A program made the position numbers and the translations under genes. Under the pieces are notes generated by a model. The model was not told where the DNA came from, did no database searches, and worked only from the letters and a program-made list of their open reading frames with translations. Positions 49,393-59,265 of a DNA stretch of 64,000 nucleotides are shown here, one piece after another. Source of the DNA: Candidatus Sumerlaeota bacterium (GTDB lineage: Bacteria; Sumerlaeota; Sumerlaeia; Sumerlaeales; Sumerlaeaceae); assembly GCA_026398535.1 (NCBI GenBank), contig JAPLSQ010000076.1, positions 10,237 through 74,236 of the forward strand, given 5' to 3'. Every line of letters starts with the position of its first letter. Within the stretch, counting starts at the first letter, position 1.

Positions 49393-52300
49393 TCATTGAA
49401 TGATCACCGGTCCGTCTTTCAGGGCTTCTTCAATACGGCCACGAACTTCTACAATCCACTGGTCAAGTTCCGTGGTATTGTGCAGGGTCGCGGATGGCGC
49501 CTTCATCGACCTGGCCTTGGGCTCGAACAGTTTGGCTGCTTCAACCTTGGCAGCGTGAAATCGCTGTGACAGCGAATCGCGGCGATCGCGCCATTGAGCA
49601 AGGTTCATTTTGTCAAGCGATGCAAGAAGTTCCGCCTTGCTGGAAACGTTGATGTCAGGAACCCCGGTCAGGCCAGGCGGCGTCAGGATGGCGTGCCGCT
49701 GCTCCGGTGTCAGGCGTTGCCAGCTCTGGTCGTTGCCAAGTTCACCAAGCAACTTGTTGAACTGGGTATCGAAGGTGTCGTGAAGATTAACCAATGCGGC
49801 CCGCAGTTCCTTGGCGACGGTCGCGGCAACTGGCGTCACCGGGTCGGGATCCTCCAGCAATTGGCGTCGGTCCATGATGGCATCGGCCTGCTGCCGGATG
49901 TCATCGATGCCAGGCAGACCGATAGCATGGCGCATTAGGCCCTGCAGGGCGTTCCATGCCGGCAGCGCCTTCTTTATGGCATCTGCCGTCTTCGCCCAGG
50001 CAGTCGCCTCTTTGCCAAGCTGGTCCGACTTGTCAAACACCGCCACAAGCTGTTCGTTGCCGGAAAAATGCATGAGTTCCTGAATGTGCATTGAACTTGG
50101 CGGCGGCGGCTGTGGTGGGTCGCCGCCGGCTGCCTTGGCCAGCTCAAGAAGCTTGTTGAGATAGGCGTCAAGTGACGACAATTCCTCCCCTGGCTTGCAC
50201 GGGATGCCGCCATCGGTAATCAGCTTGCGGACTGCCAGCTTCTGGATCGTGGTGACTGTGACTTTCTCGCAACGGAAATCGGCCTGGCGCAGCTTCCCGC
50301 GATCCTGTTGCTTGGGATCGAACGCCTGACCGCCAAGCCTGGCACTGACATGCCCGACCGCGAGAAGCACATACAGGGCGCCCTCGATCGCGTCAGCGGG
50401 CCAGCCATACGGCGGCGCATCGAGCTGGCGGCGGACATCAGAGCCTTTGTTGCCGCTGCCGATGGCCTTGATGACTTCGGCACAGACCGGGTGATTATCC
50501 GGTTCCCCCTTGTGACCAACTGCCTCAAGGGCGTCGCCAGAGCCTTTCCTGGCACGTTCAACGACCTTCTCCCATCCAGGATGGTCGGCATGGTCAAACT
50601 CCGGGTAAAGACGAATCAGAGCATTACCAGCAGCCGCTTCTACGTTCTCGGTCAGAGTCATACCGCCGGCTATCTCCTGGCCGCCGCTCTGGACAACCCT
50701 GGCGTTGCCGACGATTTCGCTGAGCAGCATGGTGAGGCGTCCGTCCGCTTCATCCTTGCGTGTTACCATCGCGTTGCGTGCTTCCAAGCCTTCGGGCGTG
50801 GCCGGCACGCCGCGCGTTTGCAGCGTTTCCTCCGCGGCTTTGAAACTGCAAATCGCATTTTTCAATGCGTCGGCCGAGCGGCGTGGCATGAAAACATGAA
50901 CGGTCGCATTGTCGTTGCCCGAAGCACGAGCATCGTTGTCAAAAGCCTTCTCGCTTTCCGACCAGCCATCGCGAACCCAGACGGGGACGCCGGTAGATGA
51001 TTTCAAAGGCGGCTCACCGCCAAAAGACAGGCTGATCTGACGGGGAGCCCTGCATTTGCCTTGGGTGGGGCGGACAGCGCCAAGATATTCCCGTGCCTGA
51101 CGCTGGATATGGTCGCTGCGTAAATCCGCCACTCGCCGATCGTCATTGTTCAGCTTGGTCAGATGATTTCGGTAATCGGTATCCCAGGCGCTGCTTTCAC
51201 GCGTCTGCAACCGATACTCGTTGTCGACCTGCATGAGCTTGCCCGCATTGACCAGTTCCTGTAGCAGGACCGGGATCTTCTTGCGAAGACTCGCGCTGCC
51301 AGCGGTCAGATCGTCAACGAGCAGATCTGCAAGTGTGTCGCAATTGGCGCGAACGCCCAGGTCAACACCGGCATCCCGGGGTAATTGACCGATAAGAAAA
51401 ATCAGCGCGCAAAGCCTGGCCTTGAGAACATCGCTTGCCTTATCAGCCTTGCCGAGTTCCTTTATGGTGTCATGAATCTCGCGCGGTAATTTGCCCGTCT
51501 GCAACATGTCGTTCACTTTTTGATCAAAAACGAAGTCAGCCGGGACCACCGTGCCAAGCGGCTCGTTGGCTGTGGAGCGCGCTGCCTCGTGGACTATCCG
51601 GATCTGCGACCGGAGCTGGCCCGTTGTGCCGGCAACGTCCACCGCACGCAATACTCTTTCCCAAAAACGGCGGCGCACGGGAAGCAACGGATAATCGGGT
51701 ACAAGGGTCCGCTTGTCTTCCGTGCGCGGTTCGATTTTCGTGCCGGCGAGATGACGGTCGATCTCACCCGAGTGCCGCGATAGAATGTCGTCGATATCGG
51801 AAATCTTGTCAGGCTTTTTCTGCAGGATCACTTTGCGGATGACGGTTTCTACGTCTTCATCGCTTAACTGCACAGTGATAGGAAAACGGTCGCGCAACTT
51901 TTGTAATTGAGGCGTATGCGTCAGGGCTGTCTGGCCAGTGGCCACGAACAGCAATTGCCCCTCGAAATGCTTGCAACATGCCTCCGTGATCTCCTGGACC
52001 TGGTTGGTCCGCTGAGAACTGTCAGCGATGTACTGCTGTACTTCGTCCAGGGCAATCAGCGTGCACGGAAACTTGCCATCCTTGCTGATGGCCAGGCGGA
52101 TGGCCTTCAGCATGTCGTCAGTCGTCACGTCCTGAATGTTTGGGAACTGGGTTTTCAATAAGGACCGTGCATCGGCCGGGCTTTTGGCAAAGTCCATTTG
52201 GTCGCACAAGGCCTGGCCCAGGACCGATGAAACATACATGTTCTGAAGCTCGGTTTCCCAGCGTTTGTCCTTCTCCTCCACGGCTTTCTTGACAGCCTGC

Positions 52301-52836
52301 AGCTTCCCTTCGTCACGCAACCACATGACGAACCGGGCCAACGGGTACTGCTCCGGCAACCCGGCCGACCGAAAAACAATGCCAAGCAACGCCATGCGCA
52401 CGTTGTCAGCCGCGCCGGCGCCAAGCGTGCCAGCCGCGGCATGCAGGCCGCCGTGACGCTTGCCGGCTGTCGATAATTCTTTCAAGTCATCCTTGACATC
52501 TCGTGGCAAATGAGCCAGACCGCGCGCCGTGACGCCATCACTGAATGACGTGTCAACCCAGAGATACCGAAGAGCTTTGACAAAGTGTGACTTGCCAGAA
52601 CCAAAAAAGCCGCTGACCCAGACACCAGGCTGTTCCGGCTTGTCCAGGTTGCGCAAAAATGCGCCCAAAACCTGGTCCATGCCTCGCTGATATTGACCGT
52701 CGCATACGAATATCTCGAGTTCGTAGCGCAACGTTTTCATCTCCTCCGCCGTCCCCGCATCATTGACGACTGCAACACCATTGTTCAGCAATTCCTGCTC
52801 GGCAGGATCCTTGGCAAAAACATCACGGTTTTTCAT
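49393..52836 (-). CDS. brxC: BREX ATPase BrxC/PglY.
   Basis: 1147 aa with P-loop VSGFFGSGKSHF and a DEVQQY Walker B. 4-bp overlap with brxB. Confidence 0.85.
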   Translation of the reverse strand: MKNRDVFAKDPAEQELLNNGVAVVNDAGTAEEMKTLRYELEIFVCDGQYQRGMDQVLGAFLRNLDKPEQPGVWVSGFFGSGKSHFVKALRYLWVDTSFSDGVTARGLAHLPRDVKDDLKELSTAGKRHGGLHAAAGTLGAGAADNVRMALLGIVFRSAGLPEQYPLARFVMWLRDEGKLQAVKKAVEEKDKRWETELQNMYVSSVLGQALCDQMDFAKSPADARSLLKTQFPNIQDVTTDDMLKAIRLAISKDGKFPCTLIALDEVQQYIADSSQRTNQVQEITEACCKHFEGQLLFVATGQTALTHTPQLQKLRDRFPITVQLSDEDVETVIRKVILQKKPDKISDIDDILSRHSGEIDRHLAGTKIEPRTEDKRTLVPDYPLLPVRRRFWERVLRAVDVAGTTGQLRSQIRIVHEAARSTANEPLGTVVPADFVFDQKVNDMLQTGKLPREIHDTIKELGKADKASDVLKARLCALIFLIGQLPRDAGVDLGVRANCDTLADLLVDDLTAGSASLRKKIPVLLQELVNAGKLMQVDNEYRLQTRESSAWDTDYRNHLTKLNNDDRRVADLRSDHIQRQAREYLGAVRPTQGKCRAPRQISLSFGGEPPLKSSTGVPVWVRDGWSESEKAFDNDARASGNDNATVHVFMPRRSADALKNAICSFKAAEETLQTRGVPATPEGLEARNAMVTRKDEADGRLTMLLSEIVGNARVVQSGGQEIAGGMTLTENVEAAAGNALIRLYPEFDHADHPGWEKVVERARKGSGDALEAVGHKGEPDNHPVCAEVIKAIGSGNKGSDVRRQLDAPPYGWPADAIEGALYVLLAVGHVSARLGGQAFDPKQQDRGKLRQADFRCEKVTVTTIQKLAVRKLITDGGIPCKPGEELSSLDAYLNKLLELAKAAGGDPPQPPPPSSMHIQELMHFSGNEQLVAVFDKSDQLGKEATAWAKTADAIKKALPAWNALQGLMRHAIGLPGIDDIRQQADAIMDRRQLLEDPDPVTPVAATVAKELRAALVNLHDTFDTQFNKLLGELGNDQSWQRLTPEQRHAILTPPGLTGVPDINVSSKAELLASLDKMNLAQWRDRRDSLSQRFHAAKVEAAKLFEPKARSMKAPSATLHNTTELDQWIVEVRGRIEEALKDGPVIIQ

Positions 52837-53393
52837 TTCTCGTGAGCCTCTTCGTGCTCGGTTATCGGGATGACATGATAATTCCAGCCGTCACGAGCAT
52901 CCAGCAACCGGTAATTGTTGTTCTCGTATTCGCCCGGGAAGAAAACGACAAGGCGGCCCCGGATCTTGGAGGCGGCGGCGGAGATAAGATCTGACACACG
53001 CACAAACGGAAACAGAGCTCCGGTGCCGGTCAATCCCGCGATGGTATCGTCATTGGCCGCATCGCTGGTCAGCACATCGGCAAGAAGCTCGACGCAATGA
53101 AACGCAAACTCGGGATATGCCAATTCAAGGTCTTCCGGTGACTCGAAATATGCCTCCTTGTATTCTTGGCCAGCCAGCCACTGGGCAAATACATCTGTCA
53201 TGTCACATGTGATCCAACTGTGTCCGGAATTGCGCGCGGCAATTTCAAATTCCGTTATCTCCGCGCGAAGACGGCGTTCTTCGGTCTTGTCATAGACCAC
53301 CATCCAAATCTTCTGCGGACCCGCCAGCGTGCGGTCCCAGGGCAATGACACCAGACGCTCAAAATTGCGCGCAAGCCGTTCAACCCTGCTCAT
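52833..53393 (-). CDS. brxB: BREX protein BrxB (DUF1788).
   Basis: About 186 aa in the conserved position between brxA and brxC. ATG at 53393; the track start at 53396 is TTG. Confidence 0.65.
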   Translation of the reverse strand: MSRVERLARNFERLVSLPWDRTLAGPQKIWMVVYDKTEERRLRAEITEFEIAARNSGHSWITCDMTDVFAQWLAGQEYKEAYFESPEDLELAYPEFAFHCVELLADVLTSDAANDDTIAGLTGTGALFPFVRVSDLISAAASKIRGRLVVFFPGEYENNNYRLLDARDGWNYHVIPITEHEEAHEK

Positions 53394-54090
53394 CAAGCAG
53401 ATTCCTTTCTTTTGGCGTCAGGATGTCGGTAAACTTGATGTCAACGATATCACCAGCACGCAACATTTGCAGCCATCCGCGCTGTGACGCCGCTATCGCC
53501 AGATTGATGATTTCGTCCTTGGGCCGATCCAGAATGCGGGCCCAAACCGTTTCAAACAGCATGGCGCCTCGAGCGCCTTCGACATATCCCAAAAGCAGGG
53601 CATAAGCGGTGCTGGCTGGTGTTGACATGGCCTGAACGCGTGTCTTTTTCTGTCGTCCCGTCAAATGGCCAGACTGCGTCCATGACGAACCAGCGTTGCT
53701 GGCGGCCTTGTTTTGGATGGAGGAATTAAGGCGGCCCGGTGCGCCGGCGGCAATGGCGTGCTCGAGGTCAATCGTTCGAACGATAGCGCCAGCCGGAGTC
53801 GGCAAGACCGCTGACGCTGTAATTCGCAAGAGAGGATCACGAGCAAACGCGCAAAGAAACGCCGATAAAAGACGGCCAACCGGATCAATGTCCCAAAAAT
53901 ACCGGAGCAGACGGTATACAGGAATACTGGCATCTAATCCGTAAAGCTCGGACAGACGTTGAGCCGTTAGCCTGCGGTTGGAACCCGTTTTCTTGCCAAG
54001 AACATTGTCATCGATAATGGCACGGGCATAATCCGCCCGCACCGCATTGGCCGGTACGCTTGACAATAGAGCCGCAAGCTCGGTTGTCAT
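53380..54090 (-). CDS. brxA: BREX protein BrxA (DUF1819).
   Basis: About 236 aa, the first gene of the cluster. ATG at 54090 (MTTELAALL...); the track ORF extends to a TTG at 54168. 14-bp overlap with brxB. Confidence 0.6.
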   Translation of the reverse strand: MTTELAALLSSVPANAVRADYARAIIDDNVLGKKTGSNRRLTAQRLSELYGLDASIPVYRLLRYFWDIDPVGRLLSAFLCAFARDPLLRITASAVLPTPAGAIVRTIDLEHAIAAGAPGRLNSSIQNKAASNAGSSWTQSGHLTGRQKKTRVQAMSTPASTAYALLLGYVEGARGAMLFETVWARILDRPKDEIINLAIAASQRGWLQMLRAGDIVDIKFTDILTPKERNLLDEQG

Positions 54091-54523
54091 AACCGTACGA
54101 CTCGTATGTGTGCCCCTGTCTCCATGACGGAAACCAAACCGTGATGGCGCAGAATCTGAATTTTTCAAATTGATGCCCGATGCCTGTTTCTCAATAATTT
54201 ACATTGTAACCGCTCAGTAGTGCCACCTTTGACCGAAATATTGATTGTTCCCCCACCCGAACGCAACAGAAAAATAACGTTGTTTGTCCATTCTCGGGGG
54301 CTGTGCATGGCTTAAAACAATGGCGTCCTGGCTTGACAATAAGACCACCTCAGTCAGCGCGAAACCAATCAGCTATATCCCGTACATATATGACACACAT
54401 ACCTGCCTGCCAAACCCCTCGAAAAACGACCAAATGCCACAGCGTGTGTCGAGATCCATAAGGTATCGTTCCAGGATACACGAAAATACACCCAGTACAC
54501 CCCCCTGAATACCCCACTTAACA

Positions 54524-54730
54524 CCCCCAAAAACACCCCCAAAAACGTCGATTCATTTCAGCTGCATTCAATCATTTTTCCTTGGCGGTCTTGGCGCCTT
54601 TGCGTGAGAAAAAAAGCCATATTAAAGACAACCTCGCCCAAAGACGCGAAGAACAACACCCAACCGTGCGGTTATTCCACCCGTTCAGAAAAGATCCGCT
54701 TTAATAATGTTGCCAATTATTGCCAATTAT
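54524..54730. repeat. Short direct repeats and a palindrome in the AT-rich spacer between brxA and tRNA-Lys.
   Basis: ACACCCCCAAAAAC x2 (about 54524-54551), TTGCCAATTA x2 (about 54711-54730), and the palindrome GTGCCAtttGGCAC (about 54742-54755). Confidence 0.5.
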
Positions 54731-54802
54731 ACGGCATTTTTGTGCCATTTGGCACGGTGTTTTTGGTGAAGTTTTGTCTCGTAAGTCATTTGAAATCAAT
54801 AG

Positions 54803-54875
54803 TGACCCGTCAAGGACTCGAACCTTGAACCAACAGATTAAGAGTCTGCTGCTCTACCAATTGAGCTAACGGGCC
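54803..54875 (-). tRNA. tRNA-Lys (anticodon CUU).
   Basis: Cloverleaf derived by hand: acceptor GGCCCGU/ACGGGUC, anticodon stem GCAGA/UCUGU, loop CUCUUAA, T-loop GGUUCGAGUCC. No encoded CCA. Confidence 0.9.
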
Positions 54876-55002
54876 ATGTGGCATGCTCGCGCATGCGGCC
54901 AATTTGCGAAAATCCTATACATGAATGCCAAGGGTTCATTCGATGAATATTCGGCGTTAATCATCATGCGCGACGCCCCGGCAATCCGGCGATATGACAT
55001 GA

Positions 55003-55365
55003 TTATTGACCGGATGGATTCCTGGCAGCCGGCACTGGCGCAGGAGAAGGCGCGGCGGGCTGGGCGGCAAGCACATCGATGATGCGCTGCTGACGACGGC
55101 GAAGACGCTCGTCGGAGCGCAGGTAACGCTCGCTGCCCAGCGCGCTCGATGCCGATATCCCGGTCTGCTGTGCCGGCGCGTTCTTGCGCAGAAAATCCTT
55201 CGCCGCTTTGGCGGGATCGGTTTGACGCCCGCAGGCCGATATCAGCGCAATCAGCACCGCAAGGACAAGCCATACCCGCAAGCCCCGGCGTCCTTGGGAA
55301 TTCTCAATATTGTATTCCAATCCGCCAGACACCGCGTCCTGTGTTTTTAACTCACATCCCATCAT
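55003..55365 (-). CDS. Putative small lipoprotein.
   Basis: Lipobox-like LISAC after a hydrophobic stretch. The start overlaps the cysS stop. The N-region is long, so the true start may be internal. Confidence 0.3.
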   Translation of the reverse strand: MMGCELKTQDAVSGGLEYNIENSQGRRGLRVWLVLAVLIALISACGRQTDPAKAAKDFLRKNAPAQQTGISASSALGSERYLRSDERLRRRQQRIIDVLAAQPAAPSPAPVPAARNPSGQ

Positions 55366-56819
55366 TCTTTTGACTCATTCCTTAACCAGATTGTTCCGGA
55401 TGGGTGATCCTGCAGGCGTATGCCAATGGCGTCCAGTTCGTCGCGGATGAAGTCGGATATTTTGAACTGCTTGTTCTCACGCGCAAGTGTTCGGGCGCGG
55501 ATAAGCAGACCGATAAGCTGATCGGCAAGTTTGGCGCTTTCTGAAGCATCCGCCTGTGTGAAGATGAGCGCGTCGAGCCCCAGGATGCCCAACATCCGCC
55601 GGATAAGGCCAATCAGGCCGGCCGCCGCCATCGCCGCCGCCGCGCCGCCGCCGCCGTCCGTCGCGCACGCAAGCTGCTGGCGTTTCTCGTTGAGAATGCT
55701 CACGGCCTCGAAGATCACGCCAATGGCCTTTTGCGTGTTGAAATCGTCATCCATTGCCTTGGTGAAAGCCGTATCGATCCCCGCGATTTCATCCGACGCC
55801 GCGGGCGTCGCATCTGCCTGCCGTGAGCCAAACAGTTTTTCGGCGGTCACAACGGCATCGCGCAGGCGCCCAACGGCGCTTTGAGCCTCCTCCAGAGCTT
55901 CCAAACTGTAATCGAGCGGATGACGGTAGTGAGCCGAGAGCAGGTAAAAACGCACCGCCGCCGCCGGAAACTTCTCGAGCGCCTCGTTGATCGTGGAAAA
56001 ATTGCCCAGCGATTTCGACATCTTCTCCGTGTTGATCGTAAGAAAACCGTTGTGCAGCCAGTAACTAACAAATGGTTTTCCGGTGGCGCCCATGGATTGC
56101 GCGCGCTCGTTCTCGTGGTGCGGGAACACGAGATCGCTGCCGCCGGAATGGATGTCGATGGTCTCGCCCAGATGACTCATGCACATGGCCGAACACTCGA
56201 TGTGCCACCCCGGACGCCCCGGTCCCCATGGGCTGGGCCATGACGGTTCACCGGGCTTTGATGCTTTCCACAACGCAAAGTCCAGAGGATCGTCCTTCTG
56301 CTCGCCCACCTCAACCCGCGCGCCCTCCAGAAGATCGTTGATGTCTCGGCCCGACAGCTCGCCATATCCGTTGAAGGAGCGCACGCGGTAGTAAACATCG
56401 CCGCCGCGCTCGTAGGCCGACCCGCGCGCGATAAGACGTTCGGCCAGCGTGATCATCTGGGGGATGTGATCCGTGGCGCGCGGATGAATATCGGCCCGCT
56501 CGATGCCCAGCGCGTCCGCCGCCTTGAAATACTCGCCGATGAAACGCTGGGCCAGCGCATCCCACGCCTCGCCCGTCTCCGACGCGCGGCGGATGATCTT
56601 GTCATCAATGTCGGTGAAATTCTGCGCAAAACGCACCTGGAAACCGCGATGACGCAGGTAGCGCCGCACCGTGTCCACAACCACGAAATTGCGCGCGTTG
56701 CCAATGTGAAAGAAGTCGTAAACCGTCGGACCGCAGTTGTACATCGTCACAACCGGCGGATTCTGAGGCGCAAAATCCTCTTTCTGACGGCTTGCTGTGT
56801 TGTAAATTTTCAATGCCAT
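55362..56819 (-). CDS. cysS: Cysteine--tRNA ligase.
   Basis: HIGH motif ([17 protein letters not shown]), KMSKS (KMSKSLGN), and Zn-binding Cys residues. Confidence 0.95.
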   Translation of the reverse strand: MALKIYNTASRQKEDFAPQNPPVVTMYNCGPTVYDFFHIGNARNFVVVDTVRRYLRHRGFQVRFAQNFTDIDDKIIRRASETGEAWDALAQRFIGEYFKAADALGIERADIHPRATDHIPQMITLAERLIARGSAYERGGDVYYRVRSFNGYGELSGRDINDLLEGARVEVGEQKDDPLDFALWKASKPGEPSWPSPWGPGRPGWHIECSAMCMSHLGETIDIHSGGSDLVFPHHENERAQSMGATGKPFVSYWLHNGFLTINTEKMSKSLGNFSTINEALEKFPAAAVRFYLLSAHYRHPLDYSLEALEEAQSAVGRLRDAVVTAEKLFGSRQADATPAASDEIAGIDTAFTKAMDDDFNTQKAIGVIFEAVSILNEKRQQLACATDGGGGAAAAMAAAGLIGLIRRMLGILGLDALIFTQADASESAKLADQLIGLLIRARTLARENKQFKISDFIRDELDAIGIRLQDHPSGTIWLRNESKE

Positions 56820-56986
56820 ATGGCAGACATCAATTAATCACAAAACTGTGTCATGACAAGAAAAAAGGGCGCGGTTGCCCCGGCGCAAACCGGTTTTTCT
56901 CATCACGCCCTTTGGATTGCACAAGTCATGCTCGCGGTGGAGTTGACAGTTATGGTTCCGCCAAACAAACCCTTCAGAATAAGATT

Positions 56987-57062
56987 TGGAGCGGGAAACG
57001 AGGCTCGAACTCGCGACCCTCAGCTTGGGAAGCTGATGCTCTACCAACTGAGCTATTCCCGC
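56987..57062 (-). tRNA. tRNA-Gly (anticodon CCC) with encoded CCA.
   Basis: Cloverleaf derived by hand: acceptor GCGGGAA/UUCCCGC, anticodon stem UCAGC/GCUGA, loop UUCCCAA, T-arm GCGAG-UUCGAGC-CUCGU, 3' UCCA. Confidence 0.9.
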
Positions 57063-57290
57063 TTGTTGCCGCCGCAACGGTCAGGCGCGCCCGCGCTGTG
57101 TTTTCATAGATACATGGTCGTGCCGGTTTGCATTCGGACGCAATGTGCGCGGAATTATTGTTTTACGGCCGGCCTTGAGGGAGGGGGAGTGGGAACGGCG
57201 GCCATCATGTTTTCGTGAGAGTCGTATACTGGAAATCTGTATGTGCGGTTCGATGAGGGCTCCGAATTGACCCCCCGGAGCTACTCTACT

Positions 57291-57356
57291 GTTCGTCCGT
57301 GTTCGTCCATGTTTGTCCGTGTTTGTCCGTGTTCTCCGGTGTTCTCCGGGTTTGTC
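57291..57356. repeat. Tandem array of a degenerate 10-bp unit (about 6.6 copies).
   Basis: GTTCGTCCGT GTTCGTCCAT GTTTGTCCGT GTTTGTCCGT GTTCTCCGGT GTTCTCCGGG TTTGTC, lying between tRNA-Gly and the rny terminator. Confidence 0.8.
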
Positions 57357-57468
57357 TATCCAACTGAAAGGTGTTGGAAATGGTAATTGCTCATTCACCA
57401 TTTAGCTGCGCGGCGGATTTTGTGGAGCGCTGATGACGTGCGTGCGCGGGACGGCATACCGGGGGCTC

Positions 57469-57509
57469 AAATAAAAACCGCCGCCCCGGCTTTCAAACCG
57501 GAACGGCGG
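57469..57509 (-). terminator. Rho-independent terminator of rny.
   Basis: Nested GC hairpin CCGCCGccCCGGctttcaaaCCGGaaCGGCGG. On the minus strand it is followed by TTTTTATTT. It lies 30 bp downstream of the rny stop. Confidence 0.7.
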
Positions 57510-57538
57510 TATTTGCGAGGGGGGTGATGGCGGTGAGG

Positions 57539-59116
57539 TTACTTTGCGTATTCGACGATGCGTTTTTCGCGCAGAACCGTCACCTTGATTTGTCCAGGGT
57601 ATTCGACTTCTTTTTCGATGCGTTTTGTCACATCTCTTGCCAGCACCACCGCGTCGCTGTCGCTGACCGCATCGGGTTCGACCATGATGCGTATTTCGCG
57701 GCCGGCCTGCAATGCGTATGATTTTTCAACGCCTTTAAAGCTCGTGGCGATTTCCTCGAGTTTTTCGAGGCGCTTGACGTAGCTTTCGATGCTTTCGCGT
57801 CTGGCTCCGGGTCTGACGGAGCTGACGGTGTCGGCCGTCTGTACCAGAACGGCGGCAATGGTGCGTGCATCTTCTTCATTGTGATGGGCGGCGACAGCGT
57901 GCACAACGGGCGCGCTTTCACCGTATTTTCGGCACAGATCCGCCCCTATCAGGGCGTGGGTTCCGTCAACTTCATGGCTCAACGCTTTGCCAATGTCGTG
58001 CAGGAGTCCTGCGCGCTTGGCTAAGGGTGTGTCAGCGCCAAGCTCTGCAGCCATGATTCCGCTTAAAATGGCCACCTCCTGCGCATGCATGAGAATATTC
58101 TGACCGTATGATGTCCGGAATTTGAGCCTGCCCAGCAATTTCACAAGCTCGGGATGGAGATCATGCACGCCAAGGCTGAATGCCACGCGTTCGCCTTCCT
58201 GCCGCAGGTGTTCAAGCAACTCGCGTTCGGTTTTTTTCACCACCTCTTCGATGCGTGCGGGGTGAATGCGTCCGTCGGCGAGCAGCTTTTCCAGCGACAG
58301 CCGCGCGATTTCGCGCCGCATAGGGTCGAAGCACGAGAGCACAATGGCCTCCGGTGTGTCGTCGACGATAAGGTTGACGCCTGTGGCCGCCTCGAGGGCG
58401 CGGATGTTGCGCCCCTCGCGGCCGATGATGCGCCCCTTCATTTCGTCCGACGGCAGGCTGAGCACCGACATGGATGATTCTGTCGTCTGCTCCGTGGCGC
58501 ATTTCTGGATGGCGAGGGTGATGATCTGGCGGGCTTTGCGGGCGGCGCTTTCACGCGTTTCTTTTTCCACGCGCCTGATGATGACCGCGGCTTCCTGCCT
58601 TACCTCGTTCTCCATGCTTTCGATCAGGAAGCGCTTTGCCTCTTCCTCTGTGCATCCGCTGATTTGTTCGGCCTTGCGGCGAATCTGCTCCTCGATGCGC
58701 GCCGTTTCGGCCTCGCGTTTTTCGATGGATGCAAGCTTCGCGTCAATGTGGCGTTCCTTTTCAGCGATCTGCTTGTCGCGGCGTTCGCCCTGGTCTAACT
58801 TCTGGTCGAGCGTCCTTTCTTTGTTTCTCAGACGGTTCTCGGCGCGCTCGCTTTCGGCGCGGCGTCGCTGGCTTTCCTTCTCGAACTGCTTCGTGCGCTG
58901 GAAGATTTCTTCCTTGGCTGCCAACTCCGCGGCCTTGCGGATGTTTTCGGCCTCTTTGTTGGCTTCTTCAATGATGCGCTGGGCATGTTGTTCGGCGGAA
59001 CTGAACTGCGCCCCCATTTTACTCTGAAGGAACCAGTAAATCAGCGCCGTGATGCCGGCAAGCAGGACAAAGAGCGAGCCGGACACAACCGTAATAGTTC
59101 CCCATGTGTCATTCAT
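57539..59116 (-). CDS. rny: Ribonuclease Y.
   Basis: N-terminal TM helix, a long coiled coil, a KH domain (GREGRNIRALEAATGVNLIVDD), and an HD domain (HDIGKA...). Confidence 0.9.
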   Translation of the reverse strand: MNDTWGTITVVSGSLFVLLAGITALIYWFLQSKMGAQFSSAEQHAQRIIEEANKEAENIRKAAELAAKEEIFQRTKQFEKESQRRRAESERAENRLRNKERTLDQKLDQGERRDKQIAEKERHIDAKLASIEKREAETARIEEQIRRKAEQISGCTEEEAKRFLIESMENEVRQEAAVIIRRVEKETRESAARKARQIITLAIQKCATEQTTESSMSVLSLPSDEMKGRIIGREGRNIRALEAATGVNLIVDDTPEAIVLSCFDPMRREIARLSLEKLLADGRIHPARIEEVVKKTERELLEHLRQEGERVAFSLGVHDLHPELVKLLGRLKFRTSYGQNILMHAQEVAILSGIMAAELGADTPLAKRAGLLHDIGKALSHEVDGTHALIGADLCRKYGESAPVVHAVAAHHNEEDARTIAAVLVQTADTVSSVRPGARRESIESYVKRLEKLEEIATSFKGVEKSYALQAGREIRIMVEPDAVSDSDAVVLARDVTKRIEKEVEYPGQIKVTVLREKRIVEYAK

Positions 59117-59265
59117 GGGAGCTGCACCTCCGATTCAGATGTCAAAGAACACGGTATCGTAAATAATGCCCGGCGGCGCAAAATGCCCGGCGGACACAGT
59201 GAGAGAAAATTCATCTCAAAACCGCATTAAAGAATAACAATTGAGTAGTCTGAGATAGTCCGTCA

